Shown here piece by piece: positions 41,476-58,093 of a stretch of 64,000 nucleotides of DNA (within the stretch, counting starts at the first letter, position 1; each line of letters begins with the position of its first letter). A program made the translations under genes and the position numbers. Source of the DNA: Octopus vulgaris (lineage: Eukaryota); the NCBI GenBank assembly GCA_951406725.2, contig OX597821.1, positions 97,898,001 through 97,962,000 of the forward strand, read 5' to 3'. The notes beneath the pieces are model-generated. The model worked only from the letters and a program-made list of their open reading frames with translations, did no database searches and was not told the DNA's origin.

Positions 41476-41546
41476 CGTATTTATCGCTGAAGAGAGGACA
41501 ATTCTTATGAATTAACCCTGAAATTGGGACCAATACGGTAATAACG
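41476..41546 (+). ncRNA. Type I hammerhead ribozyme motif, intact core
   Basis: ttatcg CTGAAGA gagg..aattc ttat gaatt..ccct GAAA ttgg ga ccaa TA cggtaa; stems I and III pair fully. Confidence 0.75.
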
Positions 41547-41789
41547 GATTTTTTAGAAATTTCTATCGCTTTGTTTCGAGACGCATAAATTATAATGGTT
41601 GTTGACAATTTTTGTCTTTTTTTTTGGCATATTTGGCATTAGAATTTTTCTTTTGCCCTTATTTTGTAAATTATTGATAAATTTAACCTTTAAAGGTATT
41701 TTTTGATATGCTGGCCATTGATAAATTTTTTTTCCCGAAAAAAAATGTTATCCTACATTAGTTATAAATATATATATATATGTATGTGT

Positions 41790-41957
41790 AGAGTGCTGAG
41801 TGTATTTTGTTGTGGTGCCAGTACTAATTTGCATATTGTCTTCATTCTTTTACTAGTTGGAGTGTATGTAATTCACCCCATACACTCCGACTAGTAAAAG
41901 AATGAAAACAATATACAAATTAGTACTGGCACGACAACAAAATACACTCAGCACTCT
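41790..41957. repeat. ~80-bp-arm hairpin (MITE-like)
   Basis: agagtgctgagtgtattttgttg...ggagtgtatg / catacactcc...caacaaaatacactcagcactct. Confidence 0.9.
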
Positions 41958-42034
41958 CAACAAAGTGGTTGGTAACAGGAAACCATCCAACCCATGCCAG
42001 CATGGAAAGTGGACGTTAAACGATGATAATGATG

Positions 42035-42075
<41 letters not shown>

Positions 42076-42094
42076 TATACATATATATATATAG

Positions 42095-42980
<886 letters not shown>

Positions 42981-43588
42981 TTTATACTTATGTGGGTGTA
43001 AATAAATGTATTTGGGTATATATATATGCATATATATGTAAGTGTATGCATGTGTGTGGGCGTGTAAGTACGTAGGTGTTTGTATATATGCTAACATGCA
43101 GAGATACAAAAACATTAATACTGATGTTCTAAATACCATTGTTGTTGCTGTTATCCTTAAGATGACAACATGGCAGAGAATGGTTGGCACATCAGACAAA
43201 GTGCTTGGTAGTATTCCTTTAGGCTTTTTATGTTCTAAGTTCAAAAATCACTGAAGTCAACTTTGCTGTCCATCTTTCAGAGGTCGATTAAATAAAATAC
43301 CAGTGAAGTATAGGGGTCAATGTAATTGACTAACCACCACCACCCCTAAAATTGCTGGCCTTGTGCCAATATTTGAAACAATTCCTATCATCATTGCTAT
43401 AATTATTATATGAAATTCTTAGTAAGTAATCAGAAATCAATATTATACATTTGTAGAAAACTATAAAATAATAACGTGTGTGTGCATGTGTGAGCGTGTC
43501 TGTCTGTCTGCCTGTATATATATATGCTGGAGTAAACACATAAATGTGAAACAAGGTGGAAAAAAAGTACTCAAATACCAGGGGTAGA

Positions 43589-43632
<44 letters not shown>

Positions 43633-43743
43633 AAATATGTGTGATGCACAAAACTCTCAAGCCTTAAATTACCTTGTTTATTCCACAAAATATTAATAAA
43701 AATATACTCATATTTTGACTTTTATTCTTCCTGTTTGCATCAA

Positions 43744-44109
43744 CATACATACATACATACATACAGCCATACATACATACGTACATACATACAGCCATAC
43801 ATACATACGTACATACATACATACGTACGTACATACATACATACATACATACATACATAAATATGTACATACATACATACATAAATATGTACATACATAC
43901 ATACATACATGCATACATGCATACATACATACATACATACATAAATACGTACATACATACATACATGCATACATGCATACATACATACATACATACAGCC
44001 ATACATACATACGTACATTCATACATACATACATACATACATGCATACATACATACATACATACATACATACATACATACATACATACATACATGCATAC
44101 ATATATACA

Positions 44110-44180
<71 letters not shown>
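43744..44180. repeat. (CATA)n and (TA)n microsatellites
   Basis: Direct inspection. Confidence 0.95.
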
Positions 44181-44349
44181 CAGGCACAGGGGCAGTTTTT
44201 GGAAGAAGCTTGCTTCCCAACCACATAGCTCTGGGTTCATTCCCACTGTGTGACACCTTGGACAAGTGTCTTCTACTATAGCCTCGGGCTGACCATAGCC
44301 TTGTGAGTGGATTTAGTTGACAGAAACTGAAAGAAGCTTATTGTATATA

Positions 44350-44448
<99 letters not shown>

Positions 44449-44554
44449 TACTTAGGGTATATATATTCTATTATAAACTGAAGATTATGCAAATGATAGT
44501 GAGGTATGATTCAAGAACATTCAACCTCTTATAAAATACATACATGCACACACA

Positions 44555-44594
<40 letters not shown>

Positions 44595-44624
44595 TACATA
44601 TATATTTACTGTAGTTGTTAGTTA

Positions 44625-45349
44625 TGACTAGACAGGAAGCTACCATTGGTTTCACACCTATAATGCCCTAAGCGATATAGTTGACTCATCAGACTTGCTG
44701 GCCAGTGCACACAGCTTCCCTACTACTGGATGTAGGAATACAGTCTTGCTCAGTCAAGGTTGTGAATAAAATCCTAAAACGAAATTCTACTAAGCAACAT
44801 TCCTTCTGGGTGAGATGGAGTTATCTCTTTCACTGGAGTAATGGAAGACCCCTTTAAATGATGTCTAATCAGGCACACATCCTCTTTTTGGGTCCCAGAT
44901 AGGCTCAATTTTATGTGTTTGGCCAACTACATGTGGCATTTAAAACAAATTATTCCATATAGAATTAAATGGAAGTAGGTGATTCAAACTGCTCAGCTGA
45001 GAAGGCAAAGATTTGGGGGCCTTCTTAAACTCAAAAAGTGACGAGTTTAATCAGTGCCCTTATGAGAGGAAATTTATGTTGCTTAGTGAAAAGAGAAATT
45101 ATGTATATACTGACCCTTTTTGGATGAAACTGAAGCCTGTCGAAGGGAGATAACTCCACACCACCCAGAAGGGTTGTTGCTTTGTAGAATTTCATTCTAG
45201 GGTTTTTTCACAATTCTGAGTGACCAAGACTGTATTCCTACATCCAGTAGTAAAGAGGTTACATGCTTCTGGCCAGCAAGTCTCACAAGTCACCTATATC
45301 GTTAAGAGCATTATAGGTGCAAAACCAATGGTAATTCCCTGACTGGCCA
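44625..45349. mobile_element. Non-autonomous DNA transposon with ~205-bp diverged TIRs
   Basis: 44625-44832 is the diverged reverse complement of 45142-45349 (e.g. ctactggatgtaggaatacagtcttg / caagactgtattcctacatccagtag); flanked by TTA/TAA. Confidence 0.8.
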
Positions 45350-45891
45350 TAATCAACAACTACATAAATTATTCTTTTCTACTCTTGGCACAAGGCCCGA
45401 AATTTGCGGGGAGAGGGCCAGACGATTATATCGACCCCAGAATGCAACTGGTACTTCGACCCTGAAAGGATGAAAGGCAAAAATCGACCTTGGCAGAACT
45501 TGAACTAAGAACTTAAATACAGACAAAATAATGCTAAGCATTTCGCCCGATGTGCCAACATTTCTGCCAGCTCACCACCTTAAATCCATAAATTATTACA
45601 ACTCAAAAGATTTTAGTGTGTGCATTTTTTCGGACTTATGAGCAACTGCTTGATTTGGCCATTGTCAGCCTCGTCTGGCCCCTGAGCCAGTGGCACGTAA
45701 AAAGCACCATCCGATCGTGGCCGTTTGACAGCCTTGTCTGGCACCTGTGCAGGTGGCACATAAAAAGCACCCACTACACTCTTGGAGTGGTTGGCGGTAG
45801 GAAGGGCATCCAGCTGTAGAAACACTGCCAGATCAGACTGGGCCTGGTGCAGCCTTCTGGCTTCCCAGACCCCAGTTGAACCGTCCAACCC

Positions 45892-46132
45892 TTTTATTCT
45901 TTTACTTATTTCAGTCATTTGACTGCAGCCATGCTGGAGCACCACCTTTAATCTAACAAATCGACCCCAGGACTTACTCTTTGTAAGCCTAGTACTTATT
46001 CTTCCGGTCTTTTTTTTTTGGCCAAACTGCTAAGTTACGGGGATGTAAACACACCAGCATCAGTTGTCAAGTAATGGTGGGTGGGGTGGGCACAAGCACA
46101 GACACACAAATACATATATGTGTGTGTGTGTG

Positions 46133-46209
<77 letters not shown>

Positions 46210-46335
46210 CAAGCTTCTTTCAGTTTCCGTCTACCAAACCCACTCTAGTAGAAGACACTTGCCCAAGGTGCCACACAATGGAACTGAACCCAGAGCCATG
46301 TGGTTAGGAAGCAAGCTTCTTGCCACACTGCCACA
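45892..46335 (-). mobile_element. CORE-type SINE family A variant
   Basis: Family match. Confidence 0.8.
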
Positions 46336-46754
46336 ACTGAACCAATGATATGCATAAAATTTATAATTAACCTTTGCTTACATATTTGAAAATTAAGGAG
46401 AAATCACATGATAACCTGTTAATTCATTTAGTCAAACTAATGTAGAAACACTGTGCTGGTTTATGGTAACATCATGTTGTGGATACAAATCATGTTTTAG
46501 GTCATAACTGCTATCAATCGTATTTATTTCTATATAGATACCAAATGAAAAGTGATCTGCAATACATCAATGGCCTTAAGTGTTTGTGATGTGTTTTCAA
46601 TCATGTTTTGATTGAGCTAGACATAATAAGAATGATATGTTTTTCACAGTATAATAGTTTTCATTCATAACCAATCTTAATCAAAAGTGATTTTGTGAAT
46701 GATTGAATACACTTTTTTTTTTAATCATAAGTCAAATATTTTAAAAACATTTTA

Positions 46755-47160
46755 ATAATAATAATTATAATAATAATAATAATAATAAAAGAACATTGTG
46801 TACAGTGCTCAGGTGCACTACAACTCATCTAAAGTGTATGTATAGTACATAGGGTAATGTACAAGCGTCAGGAAAAGAACAGTGCATGAGTCATGTCATA
46901 CGCATATGTGTATGAGTATGGAAGGGGGACAATCAGGTGTAGTTTCGGAGGATTTCGGAAAGTATGAGGGCTTTAAAGGATGCAGTGTCATGGCAGTCAA
47001 CAACTGATGCAGGCAGTTTGTTCCATGCTTCAGCAACTCTGAGCGTGAAAAAATGTTTCCGAAAGTCATGGGAGCTGTGCTGTTTTCTTTGTAGGCATGT
47101 CCACATGTGTTGGACACATGGAGATCAAAAAGGTGTTCAGTGTTGTTAGCAAAGATAGAC
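46755..47160 (-). mobile_element. CR1-clade LINE 3' fragment
   Basis: Homologous to 21325-21712. Confidence 0.85.
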
Positions 47161-47711
47161 AACAGTTTCGCATAGATATGTGAGATGATGGTGTCTTTCC
47201 TTCATAAATAATGTCAACCACTAACAGTTAGTTCAAAATTTTGGCTAAAACACAACTTGAGGAGAATATCATTGTTGTATGTTATAGTTTATGAAATAAC
47301 TTATTTTCAGACATTTGAAGCAAAACTGAGAGTGCAGGTATTTAAGGCAACGACTTTAGTCCATACTAAGTAGCTAATTAACAGCTTTTAAGAAAATATA
47401 TTGAATAAAATCAGTGTTCAAAAAGCAATCACTGCATACATTTTTCTGTATATATGCTATATATATATATAAGTGTGTGTGTGTATATATACATATATAT
47501 GTACGTTTATAATTATGTGTGTGTGTGTGTATATGTATATATATATGCATATATACACATGTAAATATATGTGTATATATATATTTATTTATACATATAT
47601 ACTTGTATATATATGTATGTATGTAGATGCATATATATATATACATATATATATGTGTGTGTGTATATATATGTATATATATATATATGTGTGTGTGTGT
47701 ATATATGTTTA

Positions 47712-47760
<49 letters not shown>

Positions 47761-47797
47761 TTATATGTATATATATATATGTGTGTGTGTGTGTTTA

Positions 47798-47828
<31 letters not shown>

Positions 47829-48423
47829 CTGTATATATATGTGTATAGATATATGTGAGTATATATATGTGTGTGTGTATGTATATATGTATATCAATAT
47901 ATTATTAAAAATAAACTTCGATCTTGCTTATTTGCTTGCAATGTTACACAGCCAAACTGGCTCATAATAGGAAAATACTCCAAAAGTAACTTAACCCTGA
48001 AAATGAAGAAGTGCTAACCTTTGAATTAGATACATTAGTAACTTTCACTTGCCAACGAAAAAATACGAGTTGTTTTTTACAGTAAATGTTTCTATTTTCA
48101 ATTATGTTAAAGACAATATTTTAATCATTTTGAAATATTTTAAAATAAATGTCATTTCAAAAATGTAAGTTGCTTGTACAGTAAGTATTTATGTTTTAGC
48201 TTTCTTTATACAGAAAATATTTCAATTTTTTAAAATTTACAGAGTGTGTGTGCATATATATATATATATCTATATATATATTTATGTTTTCATATATCAC
48301 CTTGATCACCTTGACCAACCAGTCCGTCAGGCGTCCATTTGACACCGCTGGTCACAGGATGCTGTCCACTCCTCTATGTATATATCTATATATATGTATG
48401 CATATATAATATATATATATATA

Positions 48424-50700
48424 TCATCATCATCATCATCATCATCATTTAGCGCCCGCTTTCCATGCTAGCATGGGTTGGACGGTTCAACTGGGGTCTG
48501 GGAAGCCAGAAGGCTGCACCAGGCCCAGCCTGATCCGGCAATGTTTCTACGTCTGGATGCCCTTCCTAACACCAACCACTCTGTGAGTGTAGTGGGTGCT
48601 TTTTGCATGCCACCAGCACAGGTGCCAGACGGGGCTGGCAATGGCCACGGTCGGATGGTGCTTTTTACATGCCACCGGCACAGGGGCTAGGCGAGGCTGG
48701 CAATGGCCACATTCGGATGGTTCGCTTACGTGCCACCGGCACTGGTATCACAGCTACAATTTCCATTGATGTTGATCGATTTCGATTTTGATTCTGAGTC
48801 TCACTTGCCTCAACAGGTCTTCACAAGTAGAGTTTTGTGTCCCAAGAAGGAAAGGTATGCATACGTGAACTGGCTACATCCCAGGTAGAGGCCATGGGTT
48901 ATGGTCTCACTTGTCCTGCCGGGTCTTCTCATGCACAGCATACTTCCATAGGTCTCGGTCTCTAGTCATTTCCTCGGTGAGACCTAAAGCCCAGGCTATT
49001 CTTACTCTAGCAGCTACACTTTCAGCACACCCACCCCTGCTACTGATTTGGTCACCTAGGTAACGGAAGCTATCAACTATTTCTAGTTTTTCTACCTGGA
49101 ATGTGGTAGAAGTTGGTCTCTGCGCATTTTCAGTGTTTATTGCTCCTGAGCATCTGCCACATACAAAAACTATTTTCCTAGTTAGCCTTCCTTTGACATT
49201 GCTGCACCTCTTATGTGTCCATAGCTTACACTTGGTGCATCTTATAGAGTTTCTACCTACGCCTTTTCTACAGATCGAGCAGGGCCATCTACCTGAAGGC
49301 GTTTGTGATTTGTCTACCTTCCTACTTACTAGGACTTTGGTTTTAGCTAGGTTGACTCTAAGGCCCTTCAATTCTAATCCATGCTTCCACACCTGAAACT
49401 TCTCCTCCAGTTCTGATAGTGACTCAGCAATTAGAGCAAGGTCATCAGCATAGAGGAGCTCCCAGGGGCATCCTGTCTTGAATTCCTCCATAATTGCCTG
49501 GAGGACTATGATAAATAGGAGGGGTCTGAGGACTAAACCTTGGTGGACCCCAACCTCTACCCGGAATTCTTCACTGTACTCGTTGCCAACCCTCACCTTA
49601 CTAGCAGCGTCCCTGTACATGGCTCACACAGCTCTCACTAACCATTCATCTATCCCTAGTTTCCTCATTGACCACCAGATAAGGGATCGGGAGACCCTGT
49701 CGAAGGCTTTCTCCATGTCAACAGGGGCTTATCTTTGGCTAGGTATTTCTCCTGCAGCTGTCTTACCAGAAATATGGCATCAGTGGTACTTTTCCCTGGC
49801 ACGAAACCAAACTGCTTCTCATCCAAGCTGCCTCTCTCCCTAATCAGTTGGGCTATGACCCTTTCCGTAACCTTCATTACCTGATCCAACAGCTTGATAC
49901 CTCTGTAATTATTTGTATTTAAAGCGTCACCTTTACCTTTGTAGCAGTTGACTATTATGCTGCTACACCAGTCATTGGGAATGACTCATTCATGTATCAC
50001 CTTGTTAACTATACAGGTGACTAGGCTATAGCCGACACTACCAGATATTTTGAGAACATCTGCAGTAATTCCTGATGGGCCTGGGGCTTTCCCTGTCTTC
50101 ATGCTTCTAATTGCCTTAACTACCAAGGAACTGTCAACTAGGATAGCTGGTCCCTCTGTTGGGTCGACATTCGGCAGACTCTCTTTATCCCATTCATTTT
50201 CTTTACTCAGCAACCTTTCATAGTGGCATCTCCAAACCTCTCTCTTTGCATCCTCATTTAGCGCAAGTGAACCATCATCCATGCGAACACATTTCTCTCC
50301 TACCACATCACGATTCTCTCTCACACACTGTCTTGCAACATGAAATACCTCAAGTCTTTCATCTTCACGGCTCAGAACATTGGCAGATTTTTTCTTATCT
50401 GCTTCACCTCTGGCTGGATACATCTGCCTCCTAGCTTCCCTTCTGGCAGTCTGATACACTTCCCTGCTACCACCGTTCTTCCAGTCCTTCCAAGCCTTTT
50501 TCTTTTGTCTAATAGCCCTGTCAACAATATTGTTCCACCACCACGTTATTTTGGGTCTTGAGGGTACTTTACACCAACCACAGATCTGGTCAGTGGCTCT
50601 CAGCAGGTTGTCCCTTAGAGACCTCCAGTTGTCTTCTACCCCATGTGAAGCTATATCCCCTTCTATTTCGTCAAAGGCTTCAAGAAATATGTCTCTAAAT
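48424..50700 (-). mobile_element. 5'-truncated RTE-clade LINE with RT, internal PHD-type finger, internal deletion and 3' UTR
   Basis: TWWWNN, KAPGPSGI, QFGFVPGKSTTDAIF, GVHQGLVLRPLLF, ELLYADDL, RYLGDQI; (GAT)n tail. Confidence 0.95.
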
Positions 50701-51026
50701 CTATATGTATTTGTATATGTATGTATATAAGTATATGTATATATATATATATATATGCATATATATAGATGTATGTGTGTGTAGTGAACAGGTCGATTTT
50801 GTGTTGGAGTGAATCAACGTTGGTGTTTCTTAAATGGCTTATAAACACCTCCCACGCTGCAATTGTTTTCGTTTAGCACACGATCCAGATCAAATTACTT
50901 GCTATATATATATATACACATATATATGTATGCATATATGTATGTATGTATGTATATATATATATATATGTATGTATATACATACATATATACATATACA
51001 CATGTATGTACATATATATATATATA

Positions 51027-51062
<36 letters not shown>

Positions 51063-51070
51063 CATATATA

Positions 51071-51312
51071 GTGGAGGCACCTGGCTTAGTGGTTAGAGTG
51101 TCAGCATCATGATCGTAAGATTGTGGTTTCGATTCCTGGACCGGGTGACGCATTGTGTTCTTGAGCAAAACACTTCATTCACATTGCTCTAGTCCACTGA
51201 GCTGGCAAAAATGAGTAACGCTGCGATGGACTGGCGTCCCATCCAGCTGGGGAACACATACAACATGGAAACCAGGAAACCTGGCTAGGCTATAAAAGGG
51301 CGCATTCATTTT
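51071..51312 (+). mobile_element. tRNA-derived SINE with V-domain-like core
   Basis: A box tggcttagtgg, B box ggtttcgattcc, ctgcgatggactggcgtcccatccag (V-SINE-like, from recall). Confidence 0.7.
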
Positions 51313-51545
51313 ATTATATATATATATATATAATATTTAAATATATATATTTAAAAGTGGTGCTATTAAGTTAGACATGGCCTGGACCAATCTTTGGTCG
51401 AAACATATCTAAGTTTATCTAAGTTTACATATATATATATATATATATAAATATTATAAATATCTATATATATATTTATAGATAAATTTCCTCTATTTAC
51501 ATAATATTGAGGTCCTTTTCTTTCTTTTGTTATCTTACCGTTTTT

Positions 51546-51630
<85 letters not shown>

Positions 51631-51677
51631 GTGTATGTATATATGCATGTATATGTGTATATATATATATGTATGTA

Positions 51678-51709
<32 letters not shown>

Positions 51710-51770
51710 AGGCAAAGCAGTAGAAACAGCCGTAAATGTAGAGTTATATTCACTCATTTATTTATATATA

Positions 51771-51980
51771 TTAGAAGAAAGGAGGTACTCAGAAATTCAC
51801 ATGGTTTTATATTTACAAATATATATTTGTATATTACATGTTTTTATACATCATATAACTTAGATCGTGTATTAGCGCTTTCTCCCATTCTAGTGGGGTT
51901 TGCAAATCGAACTAAGTTCCTTTGTTAAAAGTTTTGACCATTTTATAGTATTACTGAGTGTGTAGTGGTGGGAAGGAATA
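51771..51980. repeat. (TA)n-embedded ~210-bp element; inverted copy at 53974-54179
   Basis: Direct alignment of reverse complement. Confidence 0.8.
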
Positions 51981-52109
51981 TCAGACTGTACGAGAGGGTG
52001 ATGGATGAGGAGAAAGTGAGAGAGTGAGAGAGAGAGAGAGAGAGAACATGTGTGTGTGTGTGCGTGTGTGTGTGTTTTTGTATTTGGAAGGAGTGCTAAA
52101 GAAAAAGAG

Positions 52110-52149
<40 letters not shown>

Positions 52150-52497
52150 AAGATATATATATATATGTGGATATATGTATCTATGTATGTATGTAAGAAC
52201 GTATGTATGTATGAATATATATGTATGTGTATATATATATAATATGTCTGGCACCTGTGCAGGTGACACGTAAAAAGCACCCACTACACTCATGGAGTGG
52301 TTGGCGTTAGGAAGGGCATCCAGCTGTAGAAACACTGCCAGATCAGACTGGGCTTGGTGCAGCCTTCTGGCTTCCCAGACCCCAGTTGAACCGTCCAACC
52401 CATGCTAGCATGGAAAACGGATGCTAAATGATGATGATGATGATGATGATATATATATATGCATATTATGTATGAATATATATGTGTGAGTATATAT

Positions 52498-52550
<53 letters not shown>

Positions 52551-52553
<3 letters not shown>

Positions 52554-53100
52554 TCATCATCATCATCGTCGTTTAGCGTCCGTTTTCCATGCTAGCATGG
52601 GTTGGACGGTTCTACTGGGGTCTGTGAAGCCAGAAGGCTTCATCAGGCCCAGTCAAATCTGGCAATGTTTCTACGGCTGGATGCCCTTCCTAACGCCAAC
52701 CACTCCGTGAGTGTAGTGGGTGCTTTTACGTGCCACCCGCACAGGTGCCAGACAGAGCTGGCAAACGGCCACGAACGGATGATGCTTTTTATGTGCCACC
52801 GGCACGAGGGCCAGGCGAGGCTGGCAATGGACACGAAACGGGGCGGTGCTGGCAATGGTCACGAAACGGAAGGTTCTCTTACATGCCACTGGCACTGGTA
52901 ACGCATCTGCAATTTCCATTGATCGATTTCCATTCTGATCCTCACTTGCCTCAACAGGTCTTCACAAGTAGAGTTTTGTGTCCCAAGAAGGGAAGGTATG
53001 CATACATAGGCTGGCTCCATCCCATGTAGAAGGCCACGGGTTATGGACTCACTTGTCCTGCCGGGTCTTCTCGCGCACAGCACACTTCCAGAGGACTCGG
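52551..53100 (-). mobile_element. RTE 3' end (ORF terminus + UTR)
   Basis: LWKCAVREKTRQDK* plus UTR, as at 48424-48960. Confidence 0.85.
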
Positions 53101-53398
53101 TATGCATATTTATGTGTGTGTATGTGTGTATGTATTTATATATGTATGTATTTTTTATTCTTTTGTTCTTTTAATTGTTTCAGTTATTTGACTACTGCCA
53201 TGCTGGAGCAACACCTTTAGTCGAGCAAGTCGACCCCTGGACTTATTCTTTGTAAGCCTAGTACTTATTCTATCGGTCTCTTTTTGCCGAACCACTAAGT
53301 TACAGGGACATAAACATACCAACATTGGTTGTCAAGTGATGTTGGGGGGACAAGCACAGACACACAAACATATACACACACATACATATATATATATA

Positions 53399-53486
<88 letters not shown>

Positions 53487-53548
53487 TTTGTGTATGTATA
53501 TATGCATGTATATGTGTATATATATATGTATGTATGTATGTATATATG

Positions 53549-53616
<68 letters not shown>

Positions 53617-54173
53617 CAAAGCAGTAGAAACAGCTGTAAATGTAGAGTTATATTCACTCATTTATTTTTATTTATTTATTTATTTATTTATTCATAAGAT
53701 TGCAATTAATAAATAAATCTCGCTGATGTTTGTCAATTAATTATCTTCTCTATTTTCTTCCTAGCCTTATAAAATCTGGTTAAACTTTTGCTTACCTCCA
53801 CTCATACCTATTATTCAATTGCACTATTGCCTCGCAACAGTAAGCATTTGGATATAACTAGGTATACATCCGGTAGTACATTAGTATATTAGATATTTAT
53901 TATCCCTTCGATGGATGTCTAACCTCTAAGTCATGTATATGTATATATCCATCACCCTCTTCTACTGTCTTATATTCCTCCCACCACTGCAAACTCAATA
54001 CCACTATAAAATGGTCAAAACTCTTCACACAGGAACTTAGTTTGATTTGAAAACCCCACTAGAATGAGAGAAAGCGCTAATACATGATCTAAGTTATATG
54101 ATGTATAAAAAATGTAATATACAAAAAAATATCTGTAAATATAAACCATCCGATTTTCTGAGTACATCATTTC

Positions 54174-54214
<41 letters not shown>

Positions 54215-54299
54215 CAACCCATGCTAGCATGGAAAGCGGACACTAAACGATGATGATATATATATATATATATATGTAATATAAGTACATGTATGTATG

Positions 54300-54360
<61 letters not shown>

Positions 54361-54455
54361 AGATAAGAAAATGGAGAAATACATCTAAATCAAATATCAA
54401 TTATCAGATAATACTCAATCACATACTTTATTAAACCACCACATAAGAGACTGTA

Positions 54456-54494
<39 letters not shown>

Positions 54495-54542
54495 TATATA
54501 TCGATATGCATATATATATATAGATGTATGTTTATGTATATA

Positions 54543-54742
54543 TGGTGGTTGTCTACTCCCTATGCAGAGTGTGACCACCTCCTGTACCTACACCTTAGCA
54601 CCATCATGGCATCTGATGTGCCTTTTTAAACCAGAAGATGTTCTGAAAAGACACCCACATAGATTGCACATCCGATTTGGACCACCAATACCTGCAGATA
54701 AGTTCTGCTCTTTGTGGACCTTAAAATGTCTTTTGAGGCTAA
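54543..54742 (-). mobile_element. RTE-type 3' end with C-terminal C2H2 fingers
   Basis: SLKRHFKVH...CNLCGCLFRTSSGLKRHIRCH then stop and a short tail ggtcacactc..gagtagacaacc. Confidence 0.6.
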
Positions 54743-55150
54743 CATACACATATGTATGTATGTATGTACATATTTGTATGTATACATATATATGTGTATG
54801 TGTGTGTTTGTGTGTATTTGTGTATATATATGTATGCATGTATCAATATATATATGTATGTGTATATATATATGTATGTATGTATGAATATATATATGTA
54901 TGTGTATATATATATACATATATGTATATATACATATATATATATATACCAATTATATAAATATTTTAATCTTCGGATTCTTTTTAATATGCTAGACCAC
55001 TGGTTTTAATTGACTAATATCAATTTCTACCCTTAATTAATTTTATATATATATATATATAAATATATGTATGTATATGTATGTGTATATGTTTTATGTA
55101 TGTATATATATGTGTGTGTCTATGTATATACACATGTATGTGTATGTAAG

Positions 55151-55186
<36 letters not shown>

Positions 55187-55259
55187 TGTGTGTGTGCGTA
55201 TGTGTGTGTCTGTCTGTGTGTGTATGTATGTATGTATGTGTGTGTATATGCTTGTGTGA

Positions 55260-56925
<1,666 letters not shown>

Positions 56926-57064
56926 ACATATACATATACATGTATTATGTGTATATTCTTGGCAATAGGAGAGGCATCCAGCTATAGAAAATTTGCTTCA
57001 GTAAATTCCATATGACCCATGTGAGAATAGAAAAGCCGATGTTAAAATGATGATGATGCTGATA

Positions 57065-57101
<37 letters not shown>

Positions 57102-58029
57102 CCACGACAACGATCTATATATGCAAATGTATATGTATATGCATTTATAGATATATATTTTGTGTGTGTTTATATGTGTGTGTCAATGTATATATGTATG
57201 TGTTTGTGTAGCTATATATTAGTTTAGTAAGGGACCTGATACAAAAATTTCTAATCAAAACAAACAACAGCAGACGATACCTGTGACAAAGCCTTAGTGT
57301 ACCCATAGCGACTGTTAATTGACTTCGTTTAGAGAAATATTTGAATAAATTTGGTATATGTGACATTAGTACATTTCATACTTCAGAAAATGGATTGATT
57401 TGAAACATCTAAGCAAAGTTAATCAAGAGTAAAACAGAGGAGCCTGTAGTGACATCTTCCATTTAGGACTACTCTAAATCAACTTCCTTCAGAAGGTTAT
57501 TTGATTGAAATTTGAAGAAAATTGATAGAATAAGTTGAATCATTGCATGTAATAGGTTGTGTAACATTAGCTTATGAAATAAATCAATGTAGTAATTATA
57601 GCCATGTCTTAATAAAGTGAGAGAAGGATGAACATCTAGAATAACAAAATACAAGAAAAATTTGATGAGGATATCACCATCACCACCTCCAACAGCCACT
57701 TCTCCCTCCCATCATCATTATTATTTTTCCTATTATTTTTATTATTGTTATTATTCCAACTATAATGTCCAGTTCAAAACATGGCAATTTCAATGATAAG
57801 CATTAAACAGTGTTGTATCATTCAGAAACCTTTGTCGTTGTTATTGATGTTGTTGCTGTTATTATTTTGACATATCAATTCTATTAGAGTATGCATAATG
57901 GTGTACATTTGTCTGTAATTATGCATGTATGTTTGTATGTGTGCATGTGCATGTAAAGAGGAGAGGCAAAGGAGAAGGGGAAGATGAAGAAAACTAGCAG
58001 AGGAAAGGAGAGTAAAGGCTGCTTTTCTG

Positions 58030-58093
<64 letters not shown>

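Noticed and set aside
54588-54742. Host C2H2 zinc-finger gene exon
   Set aside because: Ends in a stop plus short retroelement-like tail, is embedded in microsatellite, and lacks TGEKP linkers.
57281-57366. Alternative first exon MSHIPNLF...LCHR with donor cag|gtatcg
   Set aside because: Weak donor, no recognisable product, and joining to the 32087 acceptor hits a stop.
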